Assembly (NCBI RefSeq): GCF_037042905.1
Contig: NC_087263.1
Location: 12,278,001-12,342,000, forward strand
Origin: Lytechinus pictus
Taxonomy: Eukaryota
Direction of reading: 5' to 3'
Length of the DNA stretch: 64,000 nucleotides
Shown: positions 52,065-63,676 of the stretch, in pieces
Numbering within the stretch: the stretch's first letter is position 1
Layout of the letters: the number at the start of each line of letters is the position of its first letter
Position numbers and translations under genes: made by a program
The notes under the pieces: model-generated
The model's input: the letters and a program-made list of their open reading frames with translations, nothing else
What the model was told of the DNA's origin: nothing
The model's database searches: none

Positions 52065-52405
52065 AATGGCAGAAAGAAGCTGCTGAAAACTGCTTATCTA
52101 ATAAAAGAAAGCCAATGGAGTAAATTAGAGAGTCAAAAGGGGCCTAAGCTTTCGATCCTAGCAGAATCTTCGTCGGAGGCAAAATGACAAACATATAAAG
52201 TGGAACAACCATAATATAGACCACAAACATGCAACAGCAACACTAGAAACAAGGAGATAAAAAGGGCATTAGAGAGTTGTGGTGACCAATCAGGTTAGAG
52301 TAGGGGATGAAAGCAAAGCAGTAGGCAGACACAAAGGGAAGTTGGTGTAAGTAAGGCCAGTGAAAGACCTTAAGCTATGAGGGATTAAGATAATTGGGCA
52401 GGCAA
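52065..52405 (-). mobile_element. Solo Penelope-like pLTR inserted in a dispersed repeat
   Basis: Reverse complement of 50539-50816 plus extra tail; AAAAAGAAGAAG on both sides (52053-52064, 52406-52417); flanks are two halves of the 19640/41700 repeat. Confidence 0.75.
52142..52180 (-). ncRNA. Second, identical hammerhead-like motif
   Basis: Exact reverse complement of 50760-50798. Confidence 0.55.
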
Positions 52406-52929
52406 AAAAAGAAGAAGCAAATATGCCGTTTTGTCCAGGGTCCAGGATGAAACAGCTGATTCGATTCACCAACTCTCGACAAAGACTTCATTTTCATGAA
52501 GGGCCTTCGACAATACATTATAAATGTTCCCGATAGCATTCTCCCCACTATATACCGGAAGACCGACGGAAGCTGGGTTGCATAGCGCCTGCGCAGATGG
52601 TGTTAATCGTTATTTCAATCACGATATCGTACAAATTTGTCGTGCTTAAATCTTTACGTCTCATCGTTCGCACTAGTTTGTCTCTTAACACACTGACTGG
52701 GCGAAGAGAAGAAAGTGAGGTCTTCCTTCTCTAGGACAAGAGTGTGAACCTGGGATATGTCTCGTGAGCCGCTAAGCATCTTCCGTTCGTCACAACCTAA
52801 GCCCCCATCTCCTGTCCGTCTCCATACCTACCGGTAGTCCATCTCAGAGACACACACGTAGATGTATGGGTTATAAATAGGACAGGAAAGTTTCATTGTA
52901 CTATGTATTTGTTGCTGGATTTTATTTTG

Positions 52930-53400
52930 GAGGAGGGAGAGCTAGAGAGAAGTATGTGTGTGTGTGTGTGTGTGAGATAGAGAAAGGATTGTGTGTGTGT
53001 GTGTGTGTGGGATGGATGGGTGTGATGGAAAAGATGAAAATAGATAGGTAGAAGGTATAGTTAAAGAGAGAAAGAGGTTGGAAGGAAGAGAGACGGGGAA
53101 TTAGAAATCGTGTGTGTGTGTGGGTGGATGTTTGTGTGAAGGGGGCGAAAGGTGAAAATAGAGAGAGAGAGAGAGAGAGAGAGAAGGTAAAGAAAGAGAG
53201 AGAAATTGATTGAAAAGAATAGAGAAAAGGAATTAGAAATTGTGTGTGCGTAGGTTTGTGAGAGGTGGGTGTGTGTGTTGTGAGTGAGTGTGTAGATATA
53301 GATCAAGAGGGAGAAAGATCCAGGGAGAGAGCGGGAGTGTGAGGGTGTGTGTGTATGTATGTGTGTCAGTGAGTGATAGACGGGAGAGGGGGAAAGAAAT
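52930..53400. repeat. (GT)n/(GA)n low-complexity tract
   Basis: Directly visible; similar tract at 57430-57780. Confidence 0.9.
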
Positions 53401-54069
53401 TGATTGTGTTCCTGCAGAAGTCGCTTTTGTAATTTCAGCAGGGGGTATCGGTAAAGGTCAACTGATATCCGAAGTGATGATGTTTGGGGTATAGTAAACA
53501 GTCAAGAGATAGCTAGCCTAAATAATAAATGCGAATAAATGATCTTCGTAATGATAATGCTTGTCTACTTTTGATGAATCTACCATTATAAATCCCTTGA
53601 ATTTGTGTGACTCCATCTACAATAAAACAAAAGAAACTAAGGGGGGGGGAGGTTGCAACGGTTACAGGTTATTAAACCTCATTAAAAGTTTTTTTGGGGG
53701 CGCTTAACTATAGAACACTGAAATTACCATTTCACTTCACCAATGACATACTGCGAGCGCGATTCCTGGATGTAAAACAAGAAAAATATATGATTTAAGA
53801 ACATTTTATTAGGTATAAGCGCATTCTCCCTTTTTTAAAAAGAGACTTCTAAGCAGATAAGAATCATAGAAAATTAGATCGTTTTGAAACACCTCATAAT
53901 ATTGATGAATTTTCTTCGAATTTTGATTTTAACTTTGTACCGTTTCTGTCGATAATGTAAGTCGGATTTAAAGAAAACAGCTGCTGCGTGTGGCACATAA
54001 TCACTTAGAGCTTTTCAGGACTGGTTAACATGTGGTGTTCAAATCTCGTTGTGAATATGAAGCCGTTGC

Positions 54070-55022
54070 CTACTGTATCAGGACGGTCCTTGTACATAGC
54101 CCGTTGGGGTTATATAATTCAGTAGTGAATAGCTTAAATCAATATCAACAAACTGGGCAATATCTCCTTTGATAGCGCTCGATAATTGAATATAGTTTTG
54201 CTAGAAATTCAATTTCGCCTACCAAAGAGTCCGCGATGTGAGGAAAGGTTTGAATGCTATCAAAAACTATCTTCCATGTATTAATGAGAACGATAACTAG
54301 GAGAAGCTCCTGTTCAGAATGATTAGCGCTGTGTTCTGTTTTCTTGAGTGAATGATAAAACTTCTGTTTCTTGGTACATTGCCAACGGATAGTTTCAGAA
54401 AATCAATAGCCCATTTCACATTTAAATGACAAGCCAGTGAGCTCTATCGGGAATGTCTCGCTAAGGTGAATGTCAACTGTTTCTGCAACGTTTGCGTGAT
54501 ATTTTGGAAAACAGGGCTGGGGTTATTGAGTTGAGATAAGGCCATTATCAACATTTGAGATTTGCTAAAAATGTAGAGATTATTATTAATTTTTCTAATA
54601 TATAATAAAATAAGTATCAAGCAAGGAGCCCCTTGTACGAATCGTAATGGACTTAAGAGAATCAACTCAGCACCTGTTATACTAATATCACCAACTAGGA
54701 AATATATCCCTTGATTGGGCATGATCATTGAATATAGTATTCCTGAAAATTCAGTTTTGATTACTTTAGAGTCCGTGATATGAGTAAAGGAAATTATGGT
54801 TTCAAATGTGGCTCATTCCGTGTTTTCTTCACTGGTAAGCAATGATTCTAGGAGACAGTCTTGGAAAATGATTAAGACTGTGTTCTATTTTCTTGAGTGA
54901 ATAATAAAACTTCTGTTTCTTGGTACACTGCTGGTGGATAGTTTCAGAAAATCAATAGCTCATTTTACATTTGAATGGAAAGCCAGTGCGCTATATCGGG
55001 AATGTCTCGCTATGGTGAATGA
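54070..55022. repeat. Diverged tandem duplication, period about 545 bp
   Basis: TTTTCTTGAGTGAAT.ATAAAACTTCTGTTTCTTGGTACA...GGATAGTTTCAGAAAATCAATAGC...TATCGGGAATGTCTCGCTA at about 54340-54470 and 54888-55020. Confidence 0.85.
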
Positions 55023-55025
55023 CGT

Positions 55026-55485
55026 TTTGGTCTGATCCCGCACATGGTCTTATCCTAGTTCGTCTACAAGCCATTTGGTAATTCAGTTGAATTAATTGCC
55101 ACTTGGTCCACACCCACTTGGCCTACTTTCAATTTGGTCTCAACCCACATGGTCTAATCCTAGTTCGTCTACTAGCCATTTGGTAATTAATTGCAACTTG
55201 GTCCACACCCACTTGGCCTACTTTCCATTTGGTCTCAACCCACATGGTCTAATCCTAGTTCATCTACATGTACTAGCCATTTGGTAAATTCAATTGAATT
55301 AATTGCCACTTGGGCTACACCTACTTTGTATACTTTCCATTTGGTCTCATCCCATATGGTCTAATCCTAGTTTGTCTACTAGCCATTTGGTAAATTCAAT
55401 TGAATTTAATTGCCACTTGGTCCACTCCCACTTTGTCTACTTTCCATTTGGTCTTATCCCACATAGTCTTATCCTAGCTCGTCTA
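55026..55485. repeat. ~95-bp minisatellite built from TTGGTC sub-repeats
   Basis: About 5 units of CACTTGGTCCACACCCACTTGGCCTACTTTCCATTTGGTCTCAACCCACATGGTCTAATCCTAGTTCGTCTAC.AGCCATTTGGTAA. Confidence 0.9.
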
Positions 55486-55705
55486 CACAGCAAAAACTGT
55501 GGTGTTATCCAGTGTACATAGAGGACCACACCAGTTATTTTACACCGGTGTTAAATCTACAGCATTAGTTTAGTATTAGTAATAGGTGTTATTACAACAC
55601 CTTTGGTTGTTACATTTACACTCTTTGGTGTTATGTTCAATATCTAGGGTGCAATTCTAACACCTCATGGTGTGGTCCTCTATTAACACCACAGTTTTTA
55701 CAGTG
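55486..55705. mobile_element. CAC-terminated MITE, TA TSD
   Basis: TA|CACAGCAAAAACTGTGGTGTTA ... TAACACCACAGTTTTTACAGTG|TA. Confidence 0.85.
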
Positions 55706-57869
55706 TACAACCAATTCATCTACATCATTGCTGTAGCTGGACAAACCCGTTAGAACAAATTACATCTAACACCAGACAAGCTTTCAAAACTTTTTTTTAA
55801 ACCCATCTTTTTCTTAATTGTTAGTAGTAATTTATAATGTATATTTCTTTTGTTGGGAACTGTCAATAAGTTCTTTGCTTGATCAAATAGTAAGTACATA
55901 ATATAACGACATATTTCTTTGTTTATTAGCCCATAGAGAAACATCCTGTTTATTATACAATACATGAGTGATATAATTATTATTTGATATCTCCAATCTG
56001 CAGATTAATGCTGATCAAACTGTATCATTCATTGCCAAAATGTAGTTACTCTATCACACAAGTTTTATTTATGAAAGTTCTGTAGTTTCAATTTACAAAT
56101 GCAGAAAAAATTGACTAAAAATAAAAATCACTTCTTGCACTCTGCGCCTCGAGGACTTAACCGAAACTGGAACAATTTCTTGTCGTATTTCGTATTCACG
56201 ATATCGGGGAATGTTACTTAGAAGATATTTTCTTGATAAAAAAATGAGGACGTCTCTCTGAAGCAAACTTGATTACTTGGGAGCAAATGGATGGAAGTAA
56301 TGACTCACAGCCGAGGGGCAAGTCATTGGGATTTATTTTAGTTATCTCTCGTGCTTTTTCGCCATGTGAGAATATTCTGGTAGTAGTACATAAGGCAGCT
56401 TGTCATAAGCACGCTTAAAAGTCCTCAGTTGTGGCTTCTAAACTTTGGAACTCGCTTCCTCATATAGCTTAAGAAGTCTTTCATCTTAATGTTCTTTCTA
56501 AATAATCACTTAATACTAAATCTTCCTTGAATATTACTAGTTGAGCAATGCTGGGTGTCTTCAATTTTGCCAAATGATTTCGTAGATAGCTTAATGTAGC
56601 TAGATAGGTTAGTTAAGTAAGGCCCTTCAGTAAGTTTAGTAAGGTAGTTGAATTAGTAAAGTTATAGGCGATATATCAATATTGATTTATAAAAATAATT
56701 ATGTGTGATTTATGTTAGTCTGATAGAGTTGGTCGCATTGCCAATGGGAGGATTTTCATGATTGATGTCAACAATTAAATGCTCGTAAATTTCATAATAT
56801 TTAATACATTTTTCTCTCACTTTCATCGATTTCCTTCTTTGATTTATCTATTTTTACACAAACTAACTTTTTGCCATGGTTTCATTATTTTATTGAAATG
56901 TGTAAAGATATACTCAATAATAGATAAAGCGGGAACGTTACATGTCTATCGGGTAAAATTATTGATAAAAAAGTATTTCCATGATTCAAGTTCCCTGGGG
57001 GATACGCACATTAAATACAGATGTTGAGTGAAGGTGTAGTCATGATTACTTAAAGTCGGAACGCATATTATTGTCGTGTGAAGAATTTGGTATGGAAAAC
57101 AAAATAGGTAAATTTTCCCACAACATTGCAAAGTGGTAAACAACACAAAACTTTTACCCAGCATCACGCAAGTTCCCTTTTAACCAATATTGTGTAATCT
57201 TTTTCGAGAACATTACCTCAGAGTAGACATTGATCTTAACACACAGGTGTACTTGTAATTAAAGGGTATTTATAAGATATTGTATTACTATCCCACAGTG
57301 AGTTCATATCTCGATTAGATTGAACATATCCAGGCGCTCTGCATGGGGTAAGTGTAATTGATGTGTGCTACTCTGTGACTGTCAACAGGTGAACAGCTAG
57401 CATGTCAGCGTGTCTTTACTGTATAGCGCGAGGGGTGGGCGAGTGAGCGACAAGGGGTAGTAAGGAGAGAGAGTGAGAGGGGGGTGACACTGGGTGAAAG
57501 TGTGATAGAGAGTGGGGGAGAGAGGGGGAGAGTGTGATAGAGAGAGAGAGAGAGATAGACCATGAGAGTGGGATATATACATGTATGTATAGACAGAGAG
57601 AGAAAAAAAAATGACAGAGAAAGAGAATAGGGAAAAGAGAGGGAGCCAAATCAAATCGAAGAAGGGGGAACGAAGGTGTGTGTGTGTGTGTCAGAGAGGG
57701 AGAGAGAGAGGGGGGGGGGGGAGAGTGAGGGTGGAAGAGAGAAAATTGGTGGGGTTAAGGAATGAAGGGGGGGGGGGTTGTTCATTTTTAATTCTCTGTA
57801 TGTCTTCAGCTGTTTTATATATAATCAATCCAGATTTAACAAAGAAACAATATTACTAATTTTGTAAAC

Positions 57870-58072
57870 GACGACTACTCCTCCTACTATTACTACTACT
57901 ACTACTACTACTACTTCTACTATACTACTTTTGCTACTACTACTACTATTTCAATTCCTTGTACTACTACTTCTATTACCTACTACTTCTACTACTACTA
58001 CTACTACTACTACTACTATACTACTTTTGCTACTACTACTACTTCAATTCCTTGTACTACTACTTCTATTAC

Positions 58073-58127
<55 letters not shown>

Positions 58128-58240
58128 TAATACTGCTACTACTACTACTGCTACTACTACTACTACTACTACTGCTACTACTACTATACTACTTTTGCTA
58201 CTACTACTACTTCAATTCCTTGTACTACTACTTCTATTAC

Positions 58241-58282
<42 letters not shown>

Positions 58283-58348
58283 ATACTGCTACTACTACTA
58301 CTGCTACTACTACTACTACTACTACTGCTACTACTTCTACTACTACTC

Positions 58349-58409
<61 letters not shown>

Positions 58410-58492
58410 TACTACTACTGCAACTACTACTACTACTACTACTTATATTGTCACTTCTACTTCGTACTACTGCTGCTGCTCCTACAACTACA

Positions 58493-58532
<40 letters not shown>

Positions 58533-58626
58533 ATAATAATAATAATAATATTGTCACTTCCAATTTGTACTACTGCTGCTGCTCCTACAACTACAATAAC
58601 AACAACTACTACTAATACTACTTCTT

Positions 58627-58659
<33 letters not shown>

Positions 58660-58685
58660 ATACTACTACTATACTAATACTACTT
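57870..58685. repeat. (TAC)n microsatellite with higher-order blocks
   Basis: CTATACTACTTTTGCTACTACTACT..TTCAATTCCTTGTACTACTACTTCTATTACC occurs three times and TATTGTCACTTC..GTACTACTGCTGCTGCTCCTACAAC twice. Confidence 0.95.
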
Positions 58686-59022
58686 AACAGAGATGTACAA
58701 AATCGACTTCTTAAAAAATGTACATATCTTGCCACATTTTCATGGCAAGATATGTAAAAAGAAAACCCTTACCTAACATGCCATCGCAAAATTTAACTTT
58801 ATTATAAGTCGATTATCTCATTATGTCGGCATACTAAGGCTCTAAAGTTGTCACGGCAAGATCATACATCTCGCCATCGCGTCAAACACGTCAAATAGAT
58901 AGCACTTTCATAATTACGTCCTTAGAAAATGGCTCACTTAAAAAAATAAAAATAAAACACCCTTTCATTCTTGCCATACACGTGCTCGTCCTACAAAGTA
59001 GTGCGTGCACACAACCGAGTGT

Positions 59023-59128
59023 CCAGTCACACCCACGAAACAGATCCCAGACCGATCAAAGCTATTACGTTATTATGAATGGCATATCGTCGGTCGGTTT
59101 GCAATCGGTTTCGTTTGTGTGACTGAGC
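59023..59128. mobile_element. Monomer of GTCACAC hairpin MITE
   Basis: CAGTCACACCCACGAAAC ... GTTTCGTTTGTGTGACTG; a further degenerate monomer at 46394-46497. Confidence 0.8.
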
Positions 59129-59319
59129 TTGCCTGAGAAAGAATCGTTTCCTATGCGTAGTGGAAATCGTCTATCGATTTTGAGACGCACATTGAAATGT
59201 ACCATGATTGACGTATGTGGAACTGGTGTAGTCTCTTCAACCAGTCGCCTGTTTTCTTTTACATTTACCCAATATTCATTTTTATCGTGCATTTCACACC
59301 ATGAAATGACTTTCCGCTT

Positions 59320-60015
59320 CGTCAACACCTGGATGGAGAATACCAAAGAGTATGGATTTATGTGTGGCCAAAAACCAAGACCTTGAAACTTCTGCATCTT
59401 TAGCTGATAAATATTTGATACACCCCATGAAGTTATCCTCTCTCAGGTGGAAATTTATCTTTTGATATGTTTCTTCCTACTGTATATAACTCCACTCCGT
59501 CAACTCCTGGGTGGAGAGAGGCAAAAATGATAGATTTGTGTGTCACCAAGAGGACAAGACCATATCACCTTTGTATTTTAGGTGGTGAATTTCGGATACA
59601 CCCTTGAAGATATCCCATGTATAGGGAAGTTTATCCTATATCGCATGTTCCTCGCGATATAATATAACACCAGTCTTTCAACAGCACATGGGTTAAGTGT
59701 GGCAAATATTATGGATTTATGTTTTGCCAAAAGGACAAGACCCCCCCCCCCACCTATGCTGTATAAGTGTAAAACGTTTGTATTTTAGATGGTAAATCTC
59801 TGATCCAAACCTCTATGTTACCCGCTGTCTCGGGAAAGTTTATATTATCATATATTTCTCCCTAGACATGTATAATGACATCCCACTCAATCAACACCAG
59901 GGTGGAGAGTGGCAAAAAGTATGGATTTACGTGTTGCCATAAGGGAAAGACCACTATGTGTTATAGGTGCTAAATCTCTGATCCACCCCTTAAAGATACC
60001 TTACGTCCGGAGAAA
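59320..60015 (-). repeat. Four-unit tandem array (178-213 bp period) containing a SINE core segment
   Basis: CAACACC.GGGTGGAGAGTGGCAAA...TGGATTTA.GTGTTGCCA.AAGGACAAGACC at 59323, 59501, 59679 and 59892; reverse complement matches the SINE core at about 44810-44858. Confidence 0.75.
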
Positions 60016-60412
60016 CTAGCCTTTTTTACTCTGCTAGACGTCTTAAGAGAGAGACGGAGACATGGTGAAAGAGAGAGAGAGCGAGAGAGCGAGATAGATA
60101 GAAGGAGAGGGAGGGGGGGGGGGGGGGGGTCGGGAGGAGGGCCAATGTACGTCATGCAGAAACAGTTCCACGATGACTAATTGCTGATCCTCGCGCCTGC
60201 GAAGCTGCACCGAACACGCTTAGGTGTGCATAATAATGCGAACGCTTCGCCTTCCATGTGTTGCAACGAATGTGAAATTTTGAACAATGCCGTGTGAAGC
60301 AGCAGCTTTCCTTTGATCCGAAGTCGCCATTTTGATCCCACTCCTGCCACCATTTATTCCTAAATCATAAATTTCTGTATGGAAATTCAATAGTTTCGTT
60401 GAATAATAGCTA

Positions 60413-60737
60413 CACTGTTATCAAATTTCTACTTAAAAAAACAAAAATTCCTGCAGCAGAGTCTCGAGAACACCTGTAATCTTACTGCACTGTGTAATAT
60501 TACATGCATTTGTGTAAAATTACAGAAAATAGATATTTTGTGTATGTAACCTTACAAATTTATTTAAATAAAACTGTTTTCCCCTTTTTAAAACAGACCT
60601 GTTCTGTAACATTCTATAAAAAATGTAAAAAAATCTTTCCTGTTTTAACAATTTACATAATTATTTGATTACATCTTTCTGTAAAATCTGTTTTTTAATT
60701 TTTCTTCTGTAAAATCTTCTGTTTTTTTCTAACAGTG
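60413..60737. mobile_element. CACTG MITE, TA TSD
   Basis: TA|CACTGTTA ... TAACAGTG|TA with internal TTCTGTAAAA repeats. Confidence 0.75.
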
Positions 60738-61307
60738 TAGGTAGATGCTTATTGAGAGCGGAAGGGGCATATTCACACTTAAACAATTATGAACCCAATA
60801 TCTTTGGTGAAGAGGTGACATGCATGTTGGTTGAGTTTATCGCAAATGCTGTGCAATTTTGATGTAAAATTGTATAGAAAATTTACCAATCGGACATGTA
60901 TATTACCTAATTTTTGTACCCAATATTCGTGCATGTTTCTGTTTTACCTAATGCATTTTATGTATAGGTTATAGTACGTTGACATGGTGTTAAGTATTGA
61001 AATTGTTTTCAGGGTAGACAATAAATGTAAATTAACAGAAGTGACATAGGACCCCCCTCTCCCCACCCAGCCACCCACCCACCCACATCGGCACCTACCC
61101 ACTCTACCTTGAGGGTGGTAACCGTTTAATTAGCAAGACTAAGTGAGGTTGGTGGGGGCAGAGGAACATCGATTATATGAAACTTAGTAAAACGTTCTTT
61201 ATTATTATTTTGTTCCTTTTAAAGCACTAACTATCGTAAAATAAAAACAACTCCTCTGGGCCCTGTGGCGTGCTCATGCAATCCAAGCTACATTTGAGAA
61301 GTTGCAA

Positions 61308-62001
61308 TTTTTTTTTCTTTTAAACCAGTACTGGTCTTCTTTATTTGAATAAAAAATACACACATATACATGTACACAAACAAAAGTTTTACAAGTTATT
61401 CAGTATCAAATTCCATTTGCTCATATTCATATATAAAGTTTCCTTTCGGTTACCTCTCTCATCATCATATTTTTTTTCAGAACATATATGAACATAATTT
61501 TCAAATCATAAAACTTCATCTTTTTCATTGTAACTAATGTTATCTTGTAACATTTGTAAATAGAATATAATGCATAATTCAACATTAAATTATTTTCTTT
61601 TCCTTTTCCTTTTCTTAGACCGTAAACAATATGCTGAGGGTTCAAACGAAAATTTTCAATTAGACATTTTCTTATGAGTGCTTCGACGTATTTCCAAAAC
61701 TTATCAACCTCTGTACACAACCAAAACAAATGTAATAAATCACTCAACTTATTGCACTCACTACAAATATCTCTGGTTCTTAAATTCCATTTTCTAAGTT
61801 ACAGAGAGTAGGTAATAAATTATACATAAAACTTAAATTAAAATGGGCTATGGTATTATCTTGAATACTTTTGAGTTTCAGTGTTCATGTAAACAACCAA
61901 GAATTCATATTTTCTTCATCCAAAATTTCTCTCCAAAATAATTCGGCCCTTGATCTTTCAACATTTAATTGCAACATCTCTTGATAAATTTCTTTCACTC
62001 T
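61308..62001 (-). mobile_element. 5'-truncated L1/Tx1-clade LINE
   Basis: ICSECNKLSDLLHLFWLCTEVDKFWKYVE zinc-knuckle end of ORF2; minus-strand AATAAA and A tail; flanks AGAAGTTGCAA (61297-61307) / AGAAGTTACAA (62002-62012). Confidence 0.85.
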
Positions 62002-62709
62002 AGAAGTTACAAATTGATGCACATGCAGGTTCGAGGTTCGAGCACTAGTCACGTCTTTCGGATTGTAACGTTAACGGCCGGTTTCAGAAGTAAATTACCG
62101 TACCTGAGTGATACATGCCTGACAAAAAACCCAACTGCCTGCACACACACCCTCCCTCTCACACACATGTCTCCCTCTTGTCCCCTACTCAACCCCTTTC
62201 ACTCTTTCTCCCTCTCTGTCCATCTCACTTTCTCATTTTCTTTTCGAACTCTGTCCATCTCTATCTCCTTACCGTCATGTTTGCTTCTTGCATTCACATA
62301 AAGCTACGCTTCCATCCCTATCGAATTAACTCACATCTTACAAACCGGCTGTTGCACCACAGAAATTCAACCACGTCGGGTCACACCCAACATAAATATA
62401 AACACATTTCACCTGAATTATTATTACCTTCAAAAGAAACCAAATTTCTGTATATAGCTTGAATGCCCAATGTGGTCTTGGTCTTTAGTCTGCAGGCACA
62501 GACCCTGATTGAAAATTTGATCAGCAAGTGTGTCTCCACGCAAAGACTAGCACATACAAAACTTGCTGTTTCAATTCAATTCTGAGCGAGAGGGTCTTCA
62601 GTACACAAGGCATGAGTAGGCTGCACATTCAGACCCTTAACTCGAGTGAAGGGTTTGCACAGCAGACTATCTTGGTCTCGGCATAACTACAGGTTCTTTT
62701 TTTTTTGGT

Positions 62710-62900
62710 AAATGCCGCTGCCCACCTGTTGCTGGAGGCATTATTTTTTCATATTGTCCGTCCGTCTCTCTGTCCGTCCAGTGTTCGTTCTGGCGATATG
62801 AACTAAAGAACCATTTGATGGTTTCAATTCAACTTTAGCTCATTCAGGCATATGCGTAATCAAGCCGGGTTGATCTGTTTAGAATTAGGGTCATTAAACG
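62710..62900 (+). mobile_element. HINE/DINE-like element 5' fragment
   Basis: T-run, ATGCC...GGAGGCAT inverted repeat, then a (GTCC)n microsatellite; class is inference. Confidence 0.5.
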
Positions 62901-63219
62901 TCGTTTAAGTACGTCACTCTATCAACTATTGTTTAAAATTTTCAACAATTGTTTAAACCTTTGCTCAAAAGTTTAAACAACGTTTTTACAGTGTACAGAA
63001 TTTCATGTGCTTTGGCGGAGATGGAGATAGGAAATGAGAGTTATTGCTCATCAATTTTGATGATTCTGATAACTCACAGTATACACTCAACGAGTTCATC
63101 CATGCAATTTAATGAACATTCCCCAAAAGCAAAGTGATTGCGAAGTGTGTGGGTATATATATATATAATTTCCTATGATTTTTCTTTATAAAAATGTGGA
63201 TTCTATGTGCAAGCGAATT

Positions 63220-63301
63220 TAGTAGCAGCAGTAGTAGAAGTAGTAGCAGTAGTAGTAGTAGCAGCAGCAGCAGTAGCAGCAGCAGTAGTAGTAGTAGTAG
63301 T

Positions 63302-63374
<73 letters not shown>

Positions 63375-63388
63375 TAGTAGTAGTGTAG
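63220..63388. repeat. (TAG)n/(CAG)n microsatellite
   Basis: Directly visible. Confidence 0.95.
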
Positions 63389-63559
63389 TCTGATGGTGAT
63401 GAAGGCTCATGAAAGAGATTGGATGATATAGAGGGAGAGAGGCAGAAAAAGAGAGAGAGAGAGAGAGAGAGGGAGAAAAATAAATAGTGAAATTACAATA
63501 AAAATCTTCTTGAATTGACAATAATAGTATACCAGGAATTTGTAGAGCCCAATGATTTG

Positions 63560-63676
63560 CACATCCTTACATGTTCTTTATTTTTGCTTTTATTTTCTTT
63601 TCTTTCTCTATATACAGGTAAGTCATTATGCCAAAGTCAAGCTTTGCTCAACTTTTCTGTCGAAAGTAAGGTAAAT
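63560..63676 (+). other. Candidate recursive splice site (ratchet point) with cryptic RS-exon
   Basis: No AG from 63548 to 63615, CCTTAC branch-like motif, about 35-nt U/C tract, TACAG|GTAAGT at 63617/63618; downstream donors GTAAGG (63666) and GTAAAT (63671). Confidence 0.6.

Noticed and set aside
57931..58757. Poly-Thr/Leu/Tyr ORFs, mucin-like appearance
   Set aside because: (TAC)n microsatellite; no splice signals or real start codon.
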